In this document: piece after piece, positions 13,392-27,255 of the stretch | Position numbering within the stretch: position 1 is the stretch's first letter | Layout: each line of letters starts with the position of its first letter | Origin: Mobula hypostoma | Taxonomy: Eukaryota | Length of the DNA stretch: 64,000 nt | Direction: 5' to 3' | Assembly (NCBI RefSeq): GCF_963921235.1 | Contig: NC_086097.1 | Span: 28,584,001 to 28,648,000, forward strand | Position numbers and translations under genes: made by a program | The notes under the pieces: model-generated | The model's input: the letters and a program-made list of their open reading frames with translations, nothing else | Database searches by the model: none | Told to the model about the DNA's origin: nothing

Positions 13392-14145
13392 AGGCTGATT
13401 TATACTTGTGCGTCAAATGTATGCCGTAGGTACGGCGTAGCCGCGAACCCTACGCTTTATCTACGCCCAACCCTACGCCGTAGTCTAACGCACACCTCTC
13501 CCAAAATGTAACTACACGTCGCGGCGACGCAGACCACAACAACTATGACAGGTCCACTTGGTAGCATCACATTTCCTCCTACGCTGCAATAGCTTCCCAT
13601 TGGGCGACTGAAGGGCAGGGAAGGAACTCTGGCTGCAATGCTTTCCATAAAGCTTTACAGAGCTCCGAAATTATGGCGGACCCTGTGCTTGACGCCAGTT
13701 TGTAGCTAGCTGCTACAGCCTGTTGACTTCCACCTGAAGCTAAAACTCGAATGGTGATTGCCATTCTCTGAGTATACTGTGCGTACACTGATGCGAAATA
13801 AATGGTTGGAGACGGTGAACCAAACCGTCAAATCTACCTGCCGACATCCAAAAATATTTGAAATGCATTTCCTCGTCCGTGTCTCTCAGTGGCCGGACAA
13901 GCACAGAAAATTCACCCTCCTTCAGTTTCAGTCGTCATTGTTTGAAGTTTGAGTTTCTTCATGTTGAGTTTCAACACGAAGAAACTCAACACAGTGGCAT
14001 AGAAACCCCACTGCCAACTAGCATTTTGGTGGTGAATTGCAGAGAGACGCAGACACACCAACGCACAAGTATAAATGCTTACAACGGCGTATCCCACTTG
14101 CGTAGGCTACAGCGTAAGCTAGTACACACAAGTATAAATTAGCCT
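13392..14145 (-). mobile_element. Non-autonomous PIF/Harbinger DNA transposon with a transposase remnant
   Basis: TIRs aggctgatttatacttgtg / cacaagtataaattagcct. TAA TSD at 13389-13391 and 14146-14148. The flanks rejoin to a CR1 sequence (atgccctctaatccag). Internal minus [48 protein letters not shown] resembles the Harbinger transposase HTH region. Confidence 0.88.
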
Positions 14146-16614
14146 TAATCCAGACAGCACCCTGCTGAACTCTGTAAACTCAGTCTCTCAGGCTGACTTC
14201 TGGACACCTTCCAGGAGGGTGAATCTACAAATTTTTGTCTTAGTTGTACTTTCTTGTAAAAAATTATAACTTAGGATTAACTTATGTTTTCCTTCTGAAT
14301 ACTGCTGATGTGATACTCTGTGCAGGTGACTCTGCCACAGGCAATTTTTACAGTGCACCTGTGCATACTTGTACTTGTTCATAAAACAATAAACTCATTA
14401 AAATCCCTTCTGCACTCTTTGCAAAACCTGCACATCCTTTCTATATCGAGGCAATCACACTTGCACAAAACACTCCCAGCTGTTAAGTATTTTAAAGACC
14501 AAGGTGAACATAATTTTAGATCATAGGGATATGGGGAACAACCCAGAAGATTAGAGTCATAGTCATAGAGTTCTACAACACAGAAACGGGCCTTTTGGCC
14601 CATCTAGTCCGTGCCGAACTGTTATTCTGCCACACTTGGACCATAAGCCAATTAATGAAGTTCATTTGAACCTACAATCCACTTGAGTGACAATGCAAGC
14701 CCAAGGGATCTTGTGGCTACTCCAGCCCTTAGACAAGAGACTACAGATGCTGGATTGTGGAACTGTTTGCTGCTCCTGCTTTTGTGCCTTCTGTGAGTAT
14801 GTTCCCCGGTCTGAGTATCGTCAAATTGGTTTGTTATTACCCCTCTGTCTGTATGGAATGTGGGGAGACATTTGCTGGCTGCCCCCAGCACATCCTCAGT
14901 TGTTAATGAAAACAGCATATTTCATTACGTTTCGATGCACGTGTGATAAACGAATCTGAATGCAATGAGGTACAGCGGACAATCTTGTCTTGCACACCGT
15001 TCATACAGATCAATTCGTTACATAGTGCACTGTAAACAATAACAGAGTGCAGGAGTAAGTGTTACAGTTACAGAGAAAATGCGTGCAAGTAGACCAGACC
15101 ACAGGGTGCAAGGTCACAATAAGGTAGACAGTGAGGTCAAGACTTTATATTAAAAACTGCGGCTGAGGAACTGTGGACTAGCAAGTTTAAAGGAAAACAA
15201 TATGCAATCCTTGTGCAGTGGCATGGGCTGGTCTAATATCTTTTCCAAAAATCCACCACAGGAAAGGACAGGCCAAAAGGCCTTTTCCTGTCTTATACAA
15301 TTGTGGGAATCTATGACTTAGCACAAATCCCTGTCGTCTGGGATTTACTTGCTTAGAATCCTTTTCAGTATCAAGCAAATGACAAGATTTTGTTCTCCTT
15401 TGAAGCTGTTTTTTGGTGATTCTGCTAATAACGCATGCTTCCATATTGCAGATTGGTTATACACAATTAGAGAGCAATAAATACATATTTCTCGCTGCCC
15501 CAGTAAAGCAGCCAGCGTAATGAAATACCCCGCCCACTCTGGACATTTTCTCTTCCCCCCCCTCCCATCAGGCAGAAGATACAAAAGACTGAAAGTACGT
15601 ACCAGGGGCACGAGGACAACTCCTACCTCGCTAGTAGGATGTGATGGATGCTTGACCTCAGTCTACCTCATTGTGACCTTGCATCTTATTGTTTACCTAC
15701 ACTGTGCTTTCTCTGTAACTGTGACACTTCATTCTGCATCCTGTTACTGTTTCACCTCATTCTACCTCAATGCACTGCGTAATTAATTAATCTACTTGAA
15801 CAGTATGCAAGACAAGCTTTTCACTGTACCTCAGTATACAGTACGTGACAATAATAAACCAATTCCAACATTACCACAAGAGCTATGCTACATCCACGAT
15901 CAGGAAAACCTGTTTAAATCTATTTCAAATTTTGTATCCAAAATTATGAGGGGTATAGATAGGGCAAATACAAGCAGGTTTTTTTCCCACTGAAGTTGGA
16001 TGAGACTAGAATGAGAGGTCATAGGGGTTAAGGGTGAAAGGTGAAATATTTAAAGGGACCCTGAGGGGGAACTTCTTCACTCAGAGGTTGGTGCGAGAGT
16101 GGAACACGCTGCCTGTGCACGTGGTGGACGTGGGTTCGAGTGCATCATTTAACAGACATTTGGATAAGTACATGGATCGGAGGGGAGTGGAAGGCTGTGG
16201 TCCAGTGTACGTTGATGGGACTAAACAGGATAACCGATTGGCATGGACTAGGTGTGCCAAAGGACCTGTTGCTATGCTCTAGTACCCTATGACTAAATCT
16301 GTGCTTTGAAGCCTATAACAGTCTGTTCTGCTGTCACACAACTTCCTGTAACAGGCGGTTTCTTTGGAATGTAACTATTATACTGTGGCAGAACTTTGTG
16401 TACCAGCAAAGGAAAAGCTCACAAACTATTCCCCCCCTGCACTGACTTTCATCCACACATCACAAATCTGTAAGCCCCAACCCGAGGTTGCAGAAGACTT
16501 TCTGAGGGATCAGACTCTCTCAACAGAATCTGTCGGGAGCCCAGAAGCACACCGGAGACAAATCCCATGCTGTCGCATTGCTCCAGGTCTAAGGGGCCAA
16601 GCAGAGCGACTTAC

Positions 16615-16673
16615 CTGCACAGCACAGCCCAGCATGAGTAACAGCACCTTCTTGATTTCATCCATGCTCTTTC
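16615..16673 (-). CDS. CCDC88C: CCDC88C coding exon, equivalent to exon 5 (59 nt)
   Basis: cttcag|GA...CAG|gtaagt. Translates (G)KSMDEIKKVLLLMLGCAVQ. The GKSM(D/E)EIKKV segment fits Daple rather than Girdin (EQGTEEVKKL). Confidence 0.93.
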
Positions 16674-18739
16674 CTGAAGGGGGAAGGAGAGGAAAGTATG
16701 TTGGTAAAAGACATTTCGCAAATGGAAGCTGCAAGCTTTCAATTAAGCATGCTTTGTAAAAGCCATCAGATGGATATGCAGTAAATAGTCAATTTGTTCC
16801 CATCATGATTTCTGTGCAAGGAATTCTGATGGAAAGGATTGTTTTGATATCACACAATAGAAAGAAACAGGAAGAGGAGGAGGATTATTAATAACCCCGT
16901 ATGTCCAAAGACCTTTCCCTGACCTCCTGAGGACAAGGAAGTGTTTTGATGGCTCCAGCTATCAGCGATCAGGTTTCAGTTCCCGCTGCTGTCTGTAAGG
17001 AGTTTGTACGTTCTCCCTGTGACTGTGTGGGTCTCCTCCAGATGCTCCAGTTTCCTCCCACACACCAGAAGCACAGTGACACTCACAGGCTGCCCGCAGT
17101 ACATCCTCAGGTGGAGTCAGTCGCTGACACATTTCACTATATGTTTCCATGTATACGTGACAAATAAAACTAACCTTTTAATGCTGGGATTGTGGCAGAC
17201 AATCTGTTCAGAGAAACATCCCAGCAACAAAAAAAAAATGGACCTGATACATTACTTCTAGTGAGGGATAAACACAAGTGAGAGCTCTGGTTTAACAAGT
17301 AATTTTAAAGACAGCTATCCTGAAAGAGGACAGTCACTGGGTACTTAGAACAGCACAGTACAGCACAGGAACGGGCCTTTTAGCCCACGACGTCTGTGCC
17401 GATACTTTTCTTCCATCATCTGACACCCTTATAAAGATCACGGGCACCGTGAAAGAAGAGCTCTCACCAATGCCTATCCCACAACTAAAATTGCTATAAG
17501 CAAATTACCTGATTTGGTATCGTGTCTTTTTTCTGTTTGTGGGATCTTTTCAGACACTCACCACTTTTTACATAAAAAGTTTACCCACACGTCTACTTTA
17601 AACTTTTTGTCTCCTAACTTGAGGCTAGGCCCTCTAATATTTGAAATTTATGCACAGGGAAGAGGACTCCATATGTTCTGTCTATAACCTCCGTGATTTT
17701 ATAAACCTAGATTCATCCCACTACATCCTGGGTTTTGTGCTCAATTCTCAGGACTGGGACTTGAAGCCACAACCTCCACATAGCCACTAGCTTCCCTACC
17801 ATTGAGGACATCTTCCTCAAGACAGCAACGCGTCCATCATTGAGAACCCTCGCCAACCAGGACATGCCCTCTCTCATTACTACCATCAGGGAGGAAGTAC
17901 AGGAGCCTGAAGACACACACTCAACATTTTAGAAACAAACTCTATCTCTCCACCATCAGATTTCTGTACAGTCCATGAATCCATGAACAGTACATTGCAA
18001 TTCTCTTTTGACCACCTTTATTTTGAAATTTAATTGTAAATGTTCATGTATTGCACTGTACTGCCGCTGCAGAACAACAAACATCACGGCATATATCAGT
18101 GACAACACAGTTGATTCTGGTTCTAGTGATGCACTGGTAAGTGTAGGCCCCTGGATAGGGCTGTAATTCTTACAGAGCTACCAAAGTGAGTAATGGAAAA
18201 TTTCACACTGGTTCACCTACGCCCAACATTGGGCAAAACAAGTCAAAGTAAAATGTTAAGCCAACAGCAACATTCACAGCTAGAGTGAGGTAGTTCACAC
18301 TATAAACAGTCCACCGTGACAACGGGTCCACCTTGCAACTCAAATCAACAGTGGCCTCTCTTTCCTTTCAACCTCACTTCCCCTACAATAAACCGCACCC
18401 CAATGGGCCAGATGATACTTCTCATTACTGCCATCAAGGTGGTGGTACAGGAGCCTGGGGGTGCACATTCAACATTCTAGACACAACTTATTCCTCTCTG
18501 CCATCAGATTACTGAACAGTCCGTGAACACCACCTCGCTACTCCTCTTTGCACCACTTACCTACTTATTGATAATTTATAGTAATTTTTACATTTCACAC
18601 TGTACTGGTGCCACAAATTTCACAACATACGTCAGTGATAACAATTAGAACGGCACAATAGGTTAGCGGTTAGCATAACCATTACTGCGCCAGAGACCAA
18701 GGTTTAAATCTGCTGCTGTCTGTAAGGAGTTAATATCTG

Positions 18740-19045
18740 TCTGAGAAAAGTCCTCTGGATCCACCGGCCAGAAGTCATCAGCAACACTGATCTATGGCGG
18801 GGAACACACTAACTACCAGAGGAAGAAGAATTAGGGAAAAGGTGATGAAGATGGATAGGGCACACGCCAAGTACCAACATCACCAGACAAGCGCCAACGT
18901 GGAATTCCCAGGGAAATCAGCCAAAGAACACCTGGCAACACGACCCTGAAAATGATACCAAGAAGATGGATCACACCTGGGGACAACTTGAAAGACTGGT
19001 TCAAGACATAACTCTGGCGAGCTGCTGTCGGTAGCCTTTGCCCCA
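18740..19045 (+). mobile_element. RTE-clade LINE 3' remnant inserted into a V-SINE
   Basis: Frame-broken LRK..WP..ISNTDLW, WIGHT, ITRQA.TWN.QG, PKNTW, TWGQLERL.QD, typical of the RTE C-terminus. V-SINE halves flank it at ~18650-18735 and ~19060-19290. Confidence 0.65.
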
Positions 19046-21912
19046 GTATGGACTTGACTGGCTGTATGGAGTTTGTACGTTCTCCCCATAACTACATGTG
19101 TTTCCTCCAAGTGCTCCGGTTTCCTCCCACATTCCAAAAGCACCTGGTTTGGGTTAGTAAGTTGTGGGCATGCTATGTCAGTGCCAGAAGCATGGTGACA
19201 CCTGTGGGTTGGATTGCGTTGGTCATTGACACAAAAGACGCATTTCACCGTATGTTTCGATGTACGTGTGATAAATAAAGCTAATCTTTAACTTTTAACT
19301 TGATTCTGATTCTCTTATTTCGGGATTGAGCAAGAGGCCTTGCTTGTATGTTCAGAGATAAACACCTTCAAGCAAACTTCCCCTCAGAGTTCCACGGTAA
19401 CAAAGAAAGGCTCAGCCTTCTGCCAACACACTAGTGTTGAAGAGGCTTCAAGTGGGAGAATTTGTTTACGGGGATCCATTGCTACAGCACCAATTAGATT
19501 AAACAGCTTTAAATCATCTCCGACACATGAAGGTTGCAACAAGATTGAATAAAAGGAAGCAAATTAGCATTACAGTTTAACAAAAATGAAGAGATTTGGC
19601 AGTTAACTAGTTTCCTGCGAAGACCAAGCAACATGTACATCCTTCAATTAAGGTCAAGGCAGCCTTTGGCTCACTTCTGTAATGCTATTTCCTGTGTTTC
19701 AGGCCTCGCAACCTGCAGTTACTGCCTCACGCCCAACAAGCAAGTCTTCTTGTGCCTAGAAAATAGAACATGAAACAGCACAGCACAGTACAGGCCCTTT
19801 GGCCCACAACATTGCACCAACATTTAACCCCTATTCCAAGATCTACAGGATCAGAAAAGGCTGCAGAGGATTATCAATTCAGAAAGCTCCATCCCGGGCA
19901 GCAGCCTCCCCACCATCCAGGACATTTTTAAATCCTATGCCCCATCCATCATTAAGGGACCCTCACTATCCAGGACATGTCCTTTTCTCATTCCTACCAG
20001 GAGCCTGAATGTTTTGGGAACAGCTTCTTCCCCTCTGCCATTAGATTTCTGAACGGTTCATGAACACATGAACACCACCTCACTATTTTGCAGTCTTTAT
20101 GCACTACTTTTTAAAAATATTTTTCTTATTGTAACGCATAGTAGTTTTTTTAATGTATTGTACTGTACTGCTGTCACATAAAAACCAAATTTCAAGACCT
20201 ATGTCAGTGATAATAAACTGATTCTGATTAATAAATCTAAGGTTGAATCTTGCATCAAGGCCAGAAAACCCAGCAGCTGAAGAGCTTAGGAAACCAGACA
20301 TCCATAATCACCTGTTCCTTCCAAGCAAAACACAGTTCGCCACATATCATGTCCCAATTTATTCAAATACTGCATAATAAATCATAATTTACCATCTTAA
20401 AGAATCAGGAACACAAGAACTGGGCCAGGCTTTCCTATGCCGTGTTCCATGGATGGAACATTTGCTGATTTTCATGACAGATTACTACAAAAAAACTTGC
20501 CTATGATTCTTGTACACCTCTATCAAGTCACCTCAGTGAAGGTATACAGAATTATGAAGGGTATAGATCAGGTAAATGCAAGCAGGCTTTTTCCACCGCA
20601 GTTAAGTAAGACTAGCGCTAGAGGTCATGGGTCAAGGGTGAAAGGTGAAATGTTTAACCTGTGGGGAAACTCCTTCGATGAGAGGATGTTAAGAGTGTGG
20701 GATGAGCTGCCAGAGGTACCAGTGGATGCAGGTTCGATCGCAACATTTAAGAGAAGATTGGGTAAGTACATGGAAGGGAGGGGTATGGAAGGTTATGGTC
20801 CAGGTGTGGGACAGAATAAAAGTTCAGCACAGACAAGCTGGGCTGAAAGGCCTGATTCTGGGCAGCAGTGTATGTCTTCATTAAGTGGCAAGTTGCAGTT
20901 TCCCACAGCACCACAGACCCAGGATCAATCCTGGCCTCCGGTACTGCTTATGCGGAGTTTGGATGCTGTCCGTGACCATGCGGATTTTCACTGGATCATC
21001 CGATTCTCGTTCCCCACCCCCACCACACACACACATCACAAAGACGTGCAAATTGATATGTCAGCTAGAAATTGCTTTCGGCATGTAGATGAGTGGCGGA
21101 ATGGGGGGGGTGATGAGAAGGTAGGGGGAATTTAAAAAATAGGATTAATGTAGGATTTTGTGACTGAGTGATTGATGGCCAGCAGAGAGCTGATGGGCTG
21201 AAGGGCCTGTTTCGGTGCTGTGTCTCTCTATGACTGTGTTGTCTCTCTATGTTGTCGGGACTTGAGGATCTGAACTACAGGGAAAGGTTGGATAAGGTAA
21301 GACTTTATTCCTCAGAGTGCAGAATGAGGGGAGATTCCATAAAGGTTTAGAAAAGTTATGAGGAATATAGATAGGGTAACTGGAAACAGGCTTTTTCCTC
21401 TGAGCAACACACATAAAACTTTGGAGGAACTCAGCAGGTCAGGCAGCAGGTCTGGAAATGACTAAACAGCCGATGTTTTGGGTCGACACTCTCCATCGGG
21501 ACCGGAAAGAGAGGGGGGAAGATGCCAGAAAAGGTGGGGGGGGGGGGGAAGGATGAGTCAGGAACTAGAGGTCATGGGTTAAGGGTGAAAGATGAAATAT
21601 TTAAGGGAACGTGAGGCAGAACTTCTTCACTCAGAGGATGGTGAGAGTGTGGAACGAGGTGCCAGTGTAAGTGGTGGATGCCAGTTTCATTTCAACACTT
21701 GGAAGTTTGGATCAGTACGTGGATGGTGGGGTACAGAGGGCTGTGGTCCAGGTGCAGGTCAATGGGACTAGACAGAGTAACAATTCAGCATGGACTAGAT
21801 GGGCCGAAGGCCCTGATTCTTACCACTGACTGCTGAGCTCAACCTGGTGAATCAGAAAACTGAATCAGACCTCAGACTGGTCGATTATTGCTTAAGGAAT
21901 GAAGGAACTCAC

Positions 21913-21982
21913 CTGAGAGTGGATCTTTAGCAATCATGAGTACATTTGGCAGAGTCATTACCACCAACTGTTGCAGACACTC
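21913..21982 (-). CDS. CCDC88C: CCDC88C (Daple) internal coding exon, equivalent to human exon 4 (70 nt)
   Basis: Minus strand attaacag|GAG...TCAG|gtgagt. Translates [23 protein letters not shown](G), matching Daple [24 protein letters not shown] as recalled. Phase joins the next exon. Confidence 0.92.
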
Positions 21983-22800
21983 CTGTTAATAAAACACATA
22001 GCAAAAATACCCTGATTACACAGAACACAGAACATTACAGCACAGTACAGGCCCTTCAGCCCACAATGTTGTGCTAACCTTTTAACCTGCTCCACGATCG
22101 ATCTAACCCTTCCCTCCCACATAACCCTCTACCATCCATGTCTACCTAAGATTTTCATAAACATCCCTAATGTATCTGCCTCTACCACCAACCCCTGGCA
22201 GCACGTTCCATGTACCCATCACTCTGTGCAGAAAAACTTACCTCTGATATCCCATCATATACTTTCCTCCAATCACCCTAAAATTAGACCCTCTATTAGT
22301 CATTTCACCCTGGGAAAAAATCTCTGGCTGCCAACTCGATCTACAGTATGCTTATCAGGAATGAAGTTCTAGTCAGTATATCAATCTGGCCAATATTGAC
22401 CACGTCTTAATAACCTCAAACTCTCCGTTGAGACATAATGTGAAGTTATCACACGGTGACACAAGGGGAAGACAAGCAATTTCCACAGCAGAAACAACCT
22501 CTTTTCTTTATCACATTCTATAGCGCCTTCACAAAATAATATTTCTTTTGTTCAAGTAATCTAACACTGGGCACGGTTTCTCCAGACATTTCCGTTAACT
22601 GCGGACATGATGACAGGGCTTATCTGTATACAACGGCTTACTAAGCATATTCCTGTTGAAAACTTTTTACAAATTGGCCTCTCTGCTGCTCAAAATGAAC
22701 AGGTCAGAAAGGCAAGGCTCATCACAGATGAAGCTAAACAATGTGCTAATGGAATTGGAAATGGGTTATTATTGTCACCAAGATACAGTGAGAAACTTGT

Positions 22801-23761
22801 TTTTCTTTCTTTTTAAATCTTTTTATTGAATAAGTATACAAAAGGGTAAGCCATATAGGTACTAATACACTGTTAGAATATAATAAAATTACAGGAGATA
22901 TTAATACAGAAAAAAAAGTGATACAAACAATGTAATTTAAACATAACATACTAAGGTAACATAATAGTATACTAATTTATATATATATATATATCAATAG
23001 AGAAAAGGAAAAAAAAACCCAAAAAAAACCCACTGTGCAACTAAACTAAAAGCAAAGCAAAGCAATGGGCTAACTTGGAACCAAATAGAGTTAAAGAACT
23101 TAAAATCACGTCCTCAAACCCGACCTCCATTAAAAACAGTAAAAAAAAAACAAGAAGGGTATATAAATATGGAGCAAAAACGAGAAGAAAAAAAAATTAC
23201 ATTAAATGAAAATATTGAATAAAAGATCTCCAGGTCTGTTCAAATTTAAGTGACGAATCATAAAGATTGCTTCTAATTTTCTCCAAATTCAAGCATAATA
23301 TCGTCTGAGAAAACCAAAAAAAGGTAGTTGGAGCGTTAAGCTCTTTCCAATGTTGTAAGATACATCTTTTCGCCATTAAAGTAAGAAATGCAATCATTCT
23401 ACGGGCTGAAGGAGAAAGATTACTGGAAATTTTAGGTAGTCCAAAGATAGCAGTAATAGGGTGGGGAGAGATATCTATATTCAATACCTTTGAGATAATA
23501 TTAAAAATGTCTCTCCAAAAAGTTTCCAGAGTAGGACAAGACCAAAACATATGAGTTAAAGAGGCTATCTGCCCCAGACATCTATCACAAAAAGGATTAA
23601 TATGAGAATAAAAGCGAGCTAATTTATCTTTGGACATATGTGCTCTATGAACAACTTTAAATTGAATTAGGGAATGTTTAGCACAGATAGAGGAAGTATT
23701 GACTAATTGTAAAATCTGCCCCCAGTCATCCACGGAAATGATAGACCCCAATTCCTGTTCC
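22801..23761 (-). mobile_element. 5'-truncated L1-clade LINE (ORF2 C-terminal CCHC region, 3'UTR, A-rich tail)
   Basis: Uninterrupted 184-aa ORF with CDRC..HMFWSC. AATAAA and A-rich tail on the minus strand. 11-bp TSD gagaaacttgt at 22790-22800 and 23762-23772. Confidence 0.9.
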
Positions 23762-25039
23762 GAGAAACTTGTCTTATGCTCTGTTCATACAGATCAATTC
23801 ATTGAACAGTGCTTTGTTGGATCACAAGATGCAGAATAAAGTGTAACAATTGACAAAGAAAGTGCAGTGCAGGTAGACAATAAGGTGCAAGACCATAATG
23901 AAGTAGATTGTGAGGTCAAGTGTCCATCTTATCATACTAGGGACTCATTCAATAGTCTTATAACAGCAAGATAAACACTGTCCTTGAGCCTGGTGGTATG
24001 GGCTTTCAGGTTTTTGTATCTTCTGCCTGATGGGAGAGGGGAGAAGAGAACTATCCAGGGAGGGTGGGGTCTTTGATTACGCTAGTCACTTTACTGTGGC
24101 AGCGAGAAGTGTAGACAGAGTCCGTGAAGGGGAGATAAATTTCTGTGAGGTATGAGGCTGTGTCCACAACTCTCTGCAGTTTCTTGCACTCATGGGCAGA
24201 GCGGTTGTCACAGCAAGCCGTGATGCATCCAGACAGCATGCTTACAATGGGGCATCGATAAGAATTGCCAATGGTCAATGGGGACATGCTAAATTTCCTA
24301 AGCCATTTGAGCAAGTACATGCTTGCTTGGGGCATTCCTTTGGATATCTACCATAGTAAAACTGATTATCTGATCTGCTCAGGAATTTGATGGCTCTTGA
24401 TATTGAAGAGAGCATGAGAACTGGACCTCTGAGTTTAAAAGGAGGGTGGAAAATAGGCTTCCAGTTAGCTAGATGCTGAACCTTCATGATTACTGTCTCA
24501 CGGGATAGTGATTTGCTGAAGTTTTACTGTAGCTTTTTCCCAGAACAGCACGTAGGATTCATAAAGAGAGCTTTTACCACACTGGCCTTCATAAATCAAA
24601 GTACTGCATACAGAAGTTATGTTGATGTTGAATAAGACATTGGTCAGGCCAAATTTGGAGTATTGTGTGTAGCTCTGGTAACCTATCTAGAGGAAAGATA
24701 TCAATAACAGAGTAAATTTACAAGGATGTTACCAGGACTTGAAGACCTGAGGTATAGGGAGAGGTTGAATAGGTCAGGACTTTATTTCCTAAAGCATAGG
24801 AGAATGAGGAGAGATTGGATCGAGGTATACAAAATATTGAGGGAATAGCAAGCAGGGTAGATTGAGGGTAAATGCAAGCAGGTTCTTTTCCCCACTGAGG
24901 TTGGGTAAGAGTAGAACTGGAGGTCATAGGTTAAGAACAAAAGGTAAACTATTTTCCCCTGCAAGTGAAACCTGAGGGGAAACCTCTTCACTCAGAGGAT
25001 GGTATGAGTGTGGAATGAGCTGCCAGCAGTAGTGGTGGA

Positions 25040-26045
25040 TTGAATTGAACTGAATTTATTTCTTATATCCTTCACATAAATGAGGAGTAAAAATCTTTAC
25101 GTTATGTCTCCGTCTTCATGTGCAATGAGCAATTTATAGTAATTGGTAATAAATAATATATACAACAGGACAGTCAATAGAGCGTAGAAATACAATTGTA
25201 TCAGCGTGAATTAATTAGTCTGATGGCCTGGTGGAAGAAGTCCCAAAGTCTGTTGGTCCTGGCTTTTATGCTGCGGTACCATTTCCCGGATGGTCGCAGC
25301 TGGAACAGTTTGTAGTTGGGGTGACTCGGGCTCCAATGATCCTTTGGGCCCTTTTTTATACACCTGTCTCTGTAAATGTCCTGAATAGTGGGAAGTTCAT
25401 ATCTACAGATGTGCTGGGCTGTCCATACCACTCTCTGCAGAGGCCTGCGATAGAGGGAAGTACGGTTCCCATACCAGGCAGTGATGCAGCCAGTCAGGAT
25501 GCTTTCAATCGTGCCCCTATAGAAAGCTCTTAGGATTTGGAGGCCCATACCAAACTTCTTCAACCGTCTGAGATGAAAGATGCACTGTTGTGCCTTTTTC
25601 ACCACACAGCTAGTGTGTACAGACTATGTGAGATCCTCGGTGATGTGAATGCCGAGGAACTTAAAGCTGTTCACCCTCTCAACCCCAGATCCATTGATGT
25701 CAATAGAGGTTAACCTGTCTCCATTCCTCCTGTAGTCCACAACCTGTTCCTTTGTTTTTGTGACATTGACGGAGAGGTTGTTTTCTTGACACCACTGTGT
25801 CAGGGTGATGACTTCTTTTCCGTAGGCTGCCTTGTTATTACTTGAGATTAGGCTAATCAATGTAGTGTCATCAGCAAATTTAATTAGCAGATTGGAGCTA
25901 TGGATGGCGACAGTCATGGGTAAACACTGAGTTAAGGAGGGGGCTCAGGACACAGCCCTGAGTTGAGGGGCAGAGGTGAGGGAGCCCCCTCTTACCACCT
26001 GCCAGCGATCTAACAGGAAGCCCAAGATCCATCTGCACAAGGCAG
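25040..26045 (-). mobile_element. Rex1/Babar-type LINE 3' part (RT)
   Basis: QGCVLSPLL, KFADDTT, FKFLGIHITEDL, KKAQQ..LRRLKKFG..ESILTGCITAWYG. Inserted inside a CR1 3' end. Confidence 0.8.
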
Positions 26046-26289
26046 GATGAAGGCTGAATTGCAACGTTTGAGAGAAGTTTGGGTAAGTACATGGATAGGA
26101 GGGGCATGGAGGACTATTGTCCAAGTGCAGGTCGATAGGACCGGGCAGAATAATAGTTTGGTATAGATTAGATGGGCTGAATGGCCTGTTTCTATACTGT
26201 CGTGCTCTGAGAGTCTATGACTCCTTGATTTAAGAGGACATTGTCCAAATAGGTGCAGCCGATACGTATGGAATGAAGCTCCGCACGGG

Positions 26290-26645
26290 TACACGCTCCT
26301 GATATATGGTCACCCAGTACAGAGGAGGAACGGATCACTCAGGTAGGCTTGCTCCTGCCATTCTCCGGTCCAGGTAGTGGGCAATCAAGGGCTCTGCCCA
26401 AGCCGACTGCCTGCCCCGCTTCCAGATATACATTCATGTCCGGGTGTCTTGGAGAGGGAGCATGCGACCTCTACGGGCAACATGGGCAATTTCCAAGTGC
26501 GGTGGGCTGGTCCCCCAGGGAATTGAGTGTGTTGTAGGCAATAGTTACTGTATTTTAATTTGAAATTGTAAATAATTTTGTAAATCCCCTGATCATTGTG
26601 TATATTTTGTCAGTGAATGAACTTTTTGGTTTTGTAAAAATAAAG
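26290..26645 (+). mobile_element. Tx1-clade LINE 3' remnant
   Basis: Frame-broken TLLIYGHPV.., DCLP.F..YI..RVS.., resembling the Tx1 ORF2 C-terminus as I recall it, followed by an AT-rich 3'UTR ending in aataaa. Confidence 0.5.
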
Positions 26646-27255
26646 GTTCAATCATACTGCAATCCTTGTTCTGTTATTGTTCACAGCATAGCAACCAATT
26701 GCCTGAATGAAACATTATCACAGGCAACAGGCAGAGAAGCAACAATGATCTTGCAAAATGATGCCAGTCGAAACTCCCTGACCTCTAAAACATCTATCAC
26801 AGTTAGTGCAAGGAAAATGTATTTTCTTAGAAGCAGACTTTCTAAAGTTCCTGAATTTACACAAAACGGAAGCTGCTGCATGTCAGATAGAGAGTAAGTA
26901 CCAGAGTCCTACAATCAGCAGTGAGGGAAATCTCCAGGCTTTGAGCTTCAGGTAGTATTCTAGATGGATCAATATCAGGCAACACACCATCTCCTGCTCT
27001 TCCATTGACATTGCTGGGGATTGCCTGCAGAGGGCTGTAGCAGCTCCATCACAGAAACAAGCCTTTGCCCCATCCAGGACATCTCCAAAAGATAATGCAT
27101 CAGGAAAGCAGCATCCATTGTTGAGGATTCTCACCATCAGGAACATGCCCTCTTCCCATTACTATTGTCATGGAGGGATACAGGAGCATGAAGGCACAGA
27201 GTCAACATTTTGCAGGCAGCTTCTTCTCTTCTGCCATCAGATGTCTACCACACAT

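Noticed and set aside
20437..21135. 232-aa plus-strand ORF
   Set aside because: Chance read-through across a CR1 3' end and a SINE.
6021..21982. Assignment of the exons to CCDC88A (Girdin) or CCDC88B
   Set aside because: The diagnostic residues [31 protein letters not shown] and DTKA match Daple as recalled. Phylogeny or synteny would confirm this.
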